Below, one piece after another: positions 59,414-64,000 of a stretch of 64,000 nucleotides of DNA. Origin of the DNA: Spirochaetota bacterium. GTDB lineage: Bacteria; Spirochaetota; UBA4802; UBA5550. Location of the stretch: NCBI GenBank assembly GCA_041753395.1, contig JBGSUQ010000029.1, forward strand, positions 326,706 to 390,705, given 5' to 3'. Within the stretch, counting starts at the first letter, position 1. Every line of letters starts with the position of its first letter. A program made the translations under genes and the position numbers. Below the pieces are notes generated by a model, which had not been told where the DNA came from, searched no databases, and saw nothing but the letters and a program-made list of their open reading frames with translations.

Positions 59414-60725
59414 CAAAATCACGCTTTTTTTTATCATCCTGTTTTCCTTATATCTACCGGTTGATTCGGCCCGTACCCTGCCCGAATCAACCGTGGGAAT
59501 TCTTTGGTTCAACTCCTACGGGGTCCCCGTCGACACGATCAGAAAACTTGATTCATACCTTCTGAAAGCTACTCACAAAAATCGACTGTTTAAAACACCC
59601 GTGCATGGTACCGCACCCCTCTGGTACGAATATGAGACCGGAAACTCCATCTCGCCCTGGAACCTGTCGCGGTATGAAGTATTGTGCAGCCTGCTCAAGT
59701 GCCGTTATCTCCTAATGGGTATGGTGTACCCGCAAAAAAACAATCTTCTCATCCAGGTTAAAATCTATTCATCGCCCGATAAAGTTTTCATCTACACCCT
59801 TGACCAGACCATTGAGGGGGGCGATCTTAAAAAAGCGGCAACCCTGCTGACCCGCAACGTTACCATGTTCTTCGACGGAAAGCTTCCGACGGTATCGCGC
59901 CTGTCAGTTTCACGGGGTACCTCACGGGATGCCGTTTCTATGAAATGGACATCCAATACCTCCGGCAATACCTACAGGATATACCGATCCCCGTACCACA
60001 ATGGTCCCTATGAAGCAATCGGCGAAACTGATGCCGGCCGGTTTTCCGACAGCACGGCTGAAATCGGCATCAAATACTGGTACCGCGTAACTGTTACCAG
60101 GGGAGAAATATCAGGTATAACCGCATCCGGTTACGGATACCGAAAACCGCCTAATCCGAAGGGCCTAACCTATAACGACCTCCTCGACGACCACAACAAA
60201 CCATGGCCAAAGCCTGCTACAGAGGTTGAGAGAGCTCTTGAGAGCAGAAACCTCAAGCTCTATGAAAAGTATTATGAAAGCTATTTCATGATGACCTTCA
60301 TAATCATGGCGGGGAGGATGTACATAAACAGCGGCGAGCTTATCGCCTTGCGCGGCTTCAAGTTCCATTCCTTCGATCAGCCGAACCGCATCGTCTATTT
60401 CTCAAAGCCGGGTATGCCACTAGTTAAGTTTTATTCCCGACGGTTTTTCAGGTTTTTCCGGGACGTGCAGATCATGAAACTCGATTTTTACGCTATCCGC
60501 AAACGGCTGATAGACAATGCAGTAATGTTCTGTATCCGTTCCGGCGATAAGGAAATCATGGAACCGGACAGCAGGATCAGATATGTGCCGACCCTCGAGG
60601 TCGTGGGCATGATGACGGAGTACCATCGTGATTACGAAAAGTGGAAAGGCAATGTCATCGTTTTCGCCACCAGCGACGAAGAAATCTACCGGAAAATCAG
60701 GGAAGCCCAGATGAGAAGCTACTGA
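59379..60725 (+). CDS. Secreted/membrane-anchored hypothetical protein containing an FN3-like domain
   Basis: Signal/anchor 'ITLFFIILFSLYL'. FN3-like 'YRIYRSPYHNGPYEAIGETDAGRFSDSTAEIGIKYWYRVTV'. Confidence 0.5.
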   Translation: MWFNRSSTGFYSKITLFFIILFSLYLPVDSARTLPESTVGILWFNSYGVPVDTIRKLDSYLLKATHKNRLFKTPVHGTAPLWYEYETGNSISPWNLSRYEVLCSLLKCRYLLMGMVYPQKNNLLIQVKIYSSPDKVFIYTLDQTIEGGDLKKAATLLTRNVTMFFDGKLPTVSRLSVSRGTSRDAVSMKWTSNTSGNTYRIYRSPYHNGPYEAIGETDAGRFSDSTAEIGIKYWYRVTVTRGEISGITASGYGYRKPPNPKGLTYNDLLDDHNKPWPKPATEVERALESRNLKLYEKYYESYFMMTFIIMAGRMYINSGELIALRGFKFHSFDQPNRIVYFSKPGMPLVKFYSRRFFRFFRDVQIMKLDFYAIRKRLIDNAVMFCIRSGDKEIMEPDSRIRYVPTLEVVGMMTEYHRDYEKWKGNVIVFATSDEEIYRKIREAQMRSY

Positions 60726-60750
60726 GAGACCGGCATCCAATCCCGCTAAT

Positions 60751-61467
60751 TTATTTTTTCCAGACCTTTTTGAGAAATGTCATGAATCCGCGGCGCTCCT
60801 GGGCCAGGGCCTCAACCAGTGTTGAGTCATTACGATATTCAATCAGGTCTTTCATAGTACGGAGCATGTCCGGGTTCAGCTGAGAGATATTACCGGCCAG
60901 CTCCTTCGCCCGCGGGAGCAACCGGTCCGCGGGAACCACCTCGTTAACGAGTCCGGCCCGGAGCGCTTCCTGCGCGGAAATGAACTGGCACGTGAGGGAC
61001 ATCTGCTTTGCCATCCGCTGTCCGACTGCCTCTTGGAGAAGCTGGCTCATGCCCCACCCGGGATGTATGCCCATTTTCACGTGCGTGTCGGCGAAAGACG
61101 CCTGCTCCGACGCGATGAGGAAATCGCAGTTCAGCGCCAGCTCGAAACCGCCGGTCATCGCCGGGCCGTTGACGGCACCGATGATCGGCTTCGAGCAGGC
61201 ACCCATCACATCGATCAGGTCCTTTCCGTCGCCCCGGGGGTCCATGAGGTTATCGGTAGCTATGGCCTTCAGGTCAAGTCCCGAACAAAAGCCTGTTCCT
61301 GCCCCGGTGATAATCGCCGCTTTTATATCAATATCCGCAGCCACGTCATCGATACAACCATAGAGGTTCGCCAGTAGGTCCTGGTTGAGGGCATTACGAC
61401 GCTCAGGCCGGTTCAAGGTGATCAGGGCTATGCCGTTTTCCTTTTCGATCAGTACTGTCTTTTCCAT
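60751..61467 (-). CDS. Enoyl-CoA hydratase/isomerase (crotonase) family protein
   Basis: 'ITGAGTGFCSGLDLK' oxyanion-hole segment. 238 aa. Confidence 0.85.
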   Translation of the reverse strand: MEKTVLIEKENGIALITLNRPERRNALNQDLLANLYGCIDDVAADIDIKAAIITGAGTGFCSGLDLKAIATDNLMDPRGDGKDLIDVMGACSKPIIGAVNGPAMTGGFELALNCDFLIASEQASFADTHVKMGIHPGWGMSQLLQEAVGQRMAKQMSLTCQFISAQEALRAGLVNEVVPADRLLPRAKELAGNISQLNPDMLRTMKDLIEYRNDSTLVEALAQERRGFMTFLKKVWKK

Positions 61468-61648
61468 AAGGTTCCTCTCACATGTAGTTATTAACAGGAC
61501 AATTATAGATGTTATTTCATGTAAGTATCAGGATCTCCCCGGCCGATGGATACAAGCAAAAAATACCATGTCTGCCAAAAAATCATAGGTAAAATTTTTC
61601 AAAATAATCGCGGCCATTCGTTTATCATTCAATTACACATGCTAATGG

Positions 61649-62134
61649 ATGGGAATGGCGATGGAAACAACGGTCAATATGCATAGAGATATACTTAAAA
61701 GAATAACCCGTGCCGCCGAAGTGAAAGGTATCTCACGGTCAGGGATTATCATGCTGGTTATCAAGGAAATGATGAATCACCTGCCCGACGCTGACTATGC
61801 GGGAACCATGGTACGGTATCAAGAATGCAGGAAACCTGATGAATGGCATACGTTTCATATCCGGATCAGAATGGATGAATATGAATACATGCTGGATCTG
61901 AGGAAATTGTTCAAGATGTCTGTTTCTCTGGTTATCGCGTATGGAGTAAAAAGATACTTAAACAAGCTTATAAAATTCAAAGGTGCCGATAACAATCGGT
62001 TTACCAACTATGCAATTATTAGAGAAATCATTGATAATATAATATGCTGGAAATTATACTGGGGGTGTCCGCCCGACCTAGGGAAACTAATCCCTCGCTA
62101 CGAGTATTCTACCTCGCAGGTACAAAAAAACTAG
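61649..62134 (+). CDS. Hypothetical protein with N-terminal ribbon-helix-helix-like segment
   Basis: 'TVNMHRDILKRITRAAEVKGISRSGIIMLVIKEMM' resembles a CopG/Arc RHH unit. The about 110-aa C-terminal part is unassigned. Confidence 0.4.
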   Translation: MGMAMETTVNMHRDILKRITRAAEVKGISRSGIIMLVIKEMMNHLPDADYAGTMVRYQECRKPDEWHTFHIRIRMDEYEYMLDLRKLFKMSVSLVIAYGVKRYLNKLIKFKGADNNRFTNYAIIREIIDNIICWKLYWGCPPDLGKLIPRYEYSTSQVQKN

Positions 62135-62165
62135 ACATAAACTCTGCCGATAATACAATAAGACT

Positions 62166-62612
62166 ATGTCTAAACTGAAGTATATTATCGCAGGCGCCGG
62201 CGGTGGCATTGTTTGCGGCATTGTATGTCTGGCCTTTGTCCTTTCAGGAGTAACAGCCTCACGAGAAGGTCCTGGCGCCGGGATAGTTGTCCTTGTTGTA
62301 TCGCCTCTCTATTTCTTCCTCTATATCGTGGCATTCTTTTACACGCTGTTGCCAGCTGGATTGATCACGGGAACCATGGCAGGCCTAAGCGAGGCAATTC
62401 TCCCCAGACCATGGAGCATAATCCTCAGTTTGATATCGGGAATGATAAGCGGAGGTGTTTTCGGCGTCCGGTTCACGGACATTTTTCTTGAAAGCAGGGA
62501 CACGAAAATGGATCTCATTGTCGGCGGCATTGAAGCGGGCGTTTTTCTGGCCATATCGGGGGCGCTGCTGGTTAAAATGCTTCATCGATATTTCAGGAAA
62601 AGCGACCGATAA
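62166..62612 (+). CDS. 4-TM membrane protein, hypothetical
   Basis: Gly-rich hydrophobic helices. Confidence 0.45.
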   Translation: MSKLKYIIAGAGGGIVCGIVCLAFVLSGVTASREGPGAGIVVLVVSPLYFFLYIVAFFYTLLPAGLITGTMAGLSEAILPRPWSIILSLISGMISGGVFGVRFTDIFLESRDTKMDLIVGGIEAGVFLAISGALLVKMLHRYFRKSDR

Positions 62613-62632
62613 CAATATGGACGAAGCCTTAC

Positions 62633-64000
62633 CTATTTGATGAAATATCCTTCCTTCACGCCCAGACCGATAATTTTTCCTCCCTTCATGACAAAATCAT
62701 AGATCTCGCCCTTCTCGTTCTGTCCCGGAAATATATACACGAAAGTATGAAGCGAGGTTGGTATGAGGCCGACCCGCAGGCCATTGTACGATTTGGTCGC
62801 GATCAGATACCCACCCGGACTCAGCTCGATATCGACATATTTGCCGCTGCTGGGACTGCTGTATTGCCGGTACCGGCCAACAAACAATTGCAGCTGCTGC
62901 TTCGACGGCTTGTCCGCGTCGAAGGTTACGGGGTCGAAATCGTCGGACATCAGGGCCTTGCAGAAACGGACCAGCCTGCTTTTCAGGCCGTAGTAATAGC
63001 CGTAATACTCCTCCCGGTCATACACGGGAGGATTGCTGATGAAAACATAGCCGCATTTATGTTTCGGGAAGAGCTGCATGAATCCGCCGGCGCTTGGCAT
63101 ATGGGCGGCATGGTGCATGGAGTAAACCCTGTCATCGATGGACCATATGCGAAAACAGAGCCCCCGGTATTCTTTTCTATGTGAATCGGGAGTTTCAATG
63201 GTCTCATCAATGATTTTCCGAAACATTCTCCTCGAGATAATTCTTCTCCCCTTGTAGACTCCGCCGTGCATGAACATGATGGTATACTTGGCAAGATCGT
63301 TGATCGAGCATTCGACCCCGGCCGCGCCCCGCGTAGTGGCGGGGGCCTTGGAATCCTTCATCTCCATGGGAGTAAGGATATTCCGGGTAATATATTCTCC
63401 CAGGGGCTGGCCCGATGCTTCAAACACGATGAATCCCAGGAGATTGTATCCCTGGTTGCAGTAATTGAACCGGAACCCGGTGGGATATTTCTGCTCCGGC
63501 ACGATGAAGGGATAGCTATTCTGGGCATGCTTAGGGCTCGGGTCCTCGATGAGGCCCGAGGTATGGGTGAGGAGATGCCAGACGGTTATGGGCTTTGAAT
63601 TGAGCTCGCTGTTTTCGAATTTCACCTGCAGGTATTTGCTTATGGGATCATTGAATGAAACCATGCCCCGCTCTACAAGCTGCAGGATCGCCAGGGCCGT
63701 GAAGGTCTTGGTAAGGGACGCGGCAAGAAATGGCGTGGAAGGATCGCACCGCACCGTTTCCATGTAAACGATCCGGTCCCCTTCGACGACAACAGCGGCG
63801 GCTGAAGGAACGATAGGATACCAGGTATTGGCCCTCATCCAGTATGAGAGGTTCTGCTTCTCCGAATTGATTTTCTGTTCCTGTATTTTCTTCTCCGCCT
63901 CAATTTTTTCAGCATCGGGCTTCGGTTTGGGCTGTTCCTTTTTCTGGTTCTCTTCAACGAAACAGCCTGATGATATCATTACGGTAATGCAGAGGGAGAG
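62633..64000 (-). CDS. Partial CDS (N-terminus beyond window end): class C beta-lactamase / PBP-like serine hydrolase lipoprotein
   Basis: SxxK 'ASLTKTF', YxN 'YCNQGYN'. The frame stays open to the window edge ('...LSLCITVMISSGC' lipobox). Confidence 0.75.
   Translation of the reverse strand, partial: LSLCITVMISSGCFVEENQKKEQPKPKPDAEKIEAEKKIQEQKINSEKQNLSYWMRANTWYPIVPSAAAVVVEGDRIVYMETVRCDPSTPFLAASLTKTFTALAILQLVERGMVSFNDPISKYLQVKFENSELNSKPITVWHLLTHTSGLIEDPSPKHAQNSYPFIVPEQKYPTGFRFNYCNQGYNLLGFIVFEASGQPLGEYITRNILTPMEMKDSKAPATTRGAAGVECSINDLAKYTIMFMHGGVYKGRRIISRRMFRKIIDETIETPDSHRKEYRGLCFRIWSIDDRVYSMHHAAHMPSAGGFMQLFPKHKCGYVFISNPPVYDREEYYGYYYGLKSRLVRFCKALMSDDFDPVTFDADKPSKQQLQLFVGRYRQYSSPSSGKYVDIELSPGGYLIATKSYNGLRVGLIPTSLHTFVYIFPGQNEKGEIYDFVMKGGKIIGLGVKEGYFIK

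Noticed and set aside
7819-64000. Co-occurrence of three beta-lactam-associated folds: MBL (7819-8604), C45 '6-APA acyltransferase'-like (9223-10449), class C beta-lactamase-like (62633-64000)
   Set aside because: Each belongs to a very broad hydrolase superfamily whose members are mostly not beta-lactam-active. The genes are unlinked (over 50 kb apart) and on different transcriptional units. I treat this as coincidence rather than a resistance cluster.
1-64000. Scan for tRNA/rRNA genes, CRISPR arrays, integrase/transposase genes
   Set aside because: I found no T-loop (GGTTCGAnTCC)-type tRNA signatures and no short regularly spaced direct repeats with unique spacers. No ORF has recombinase or transposase motifs. 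The only regular repeats are the in-gene adhesin repeats and the GC-rich hairpin elements.

Overview
This 64-kb window is a gene-dense, moderately GC-rich bacterial chromosomal segment with markedly AT-rich intergenic spacers and one AT-rich low-GC island (about 6.75-11.25 kb). I support about 58 protein-coding genes, roughly two thirds on the minus strand. I could not recognise any rRNA, tRNA, CRISPR array, integrase or transposase by eye. The window is dominated by cell-envelope, signalling and accessory functions.

Main content, in order along the window:
- A 974-aa hybrid sensor kinase, followed by two secreted transglutaminase-like proteins. One keeps the Cys-His-Asp triad; the other has lost Cys and His and carries a beta-propeller-like N-terminal region.
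- The AT-rich island. It carries a membrane SAM-methyltransferase, an MBL-fold hydrolase, a SUKH (SMI1/KNR4) immunity-like protein, a C45/Ntn-hydrolase lipoprotein and a CDA-fold deaminase.
- A tightly coupled three-gene minus-strand operon (11591-16490). Gene 1 is a signal-peptide-bearing MEMO1::AMMECR1 fusion. Gene 2 is an AmmeMemoRadiSam-type radical SAM enzyme with an apparent Tat (RRxFL) and lipobox N-terminus. Gene 3 is a roughly 13-TM protein with an embedded spermidine-synthase-like SAM-fold domain lacking the dcSAM/aminopropyl signature residues. I think this is the most interesting system in the window.
- A small outer-membrane beta-barrel gene, followed by a 2997-aa giant lipoprotein adhesin built from about 16 tandem Ig-like repeats of about 120 aa (about 350-bp DNA tandem repeats).
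- A MATE efflux pump, a 646-aa orphan protein, a coiled-coil OmpA/MotB-like pair and an MFS transporter.
- A 2-TM K+ channel with an RCK domain, immediately followed by a separate cNMP-binding-domain protein (a 'split' CNG-like arrangement).
- Two paralogous sensor-only sCache-like membrane proteins flanking an SDR gene and a HEAT-repeat protein.
- An ECF sigma / zf-HC2 anti-sigma pair, then a bacterial cereblon-type CULT-domain protein.
- An envelope glycoconjugate cluster: two GT-C membrane glycosyltransferases, two GT4 enzymes, a flippase-like LPG-synthase-TM-family protein, an orphan FtsX/MacB permease and an FN3 protein.
- A crotonase gene and a class-C beta-lactamase-like serine hydrolase lipoprotein truncated at the window edge.

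At the DNA level I note several clean rho-independent terminator hairpins, two GC-rich nested-hairpin intergenic elements (11.29-11.59 kb and 36.55-36.66 kb), and a 600-bp ultra-AT-rich spacer carrying an orphan terminator between divergent genes.

All calls come from motif recognition by eye on the supplied translations. No database search was run.
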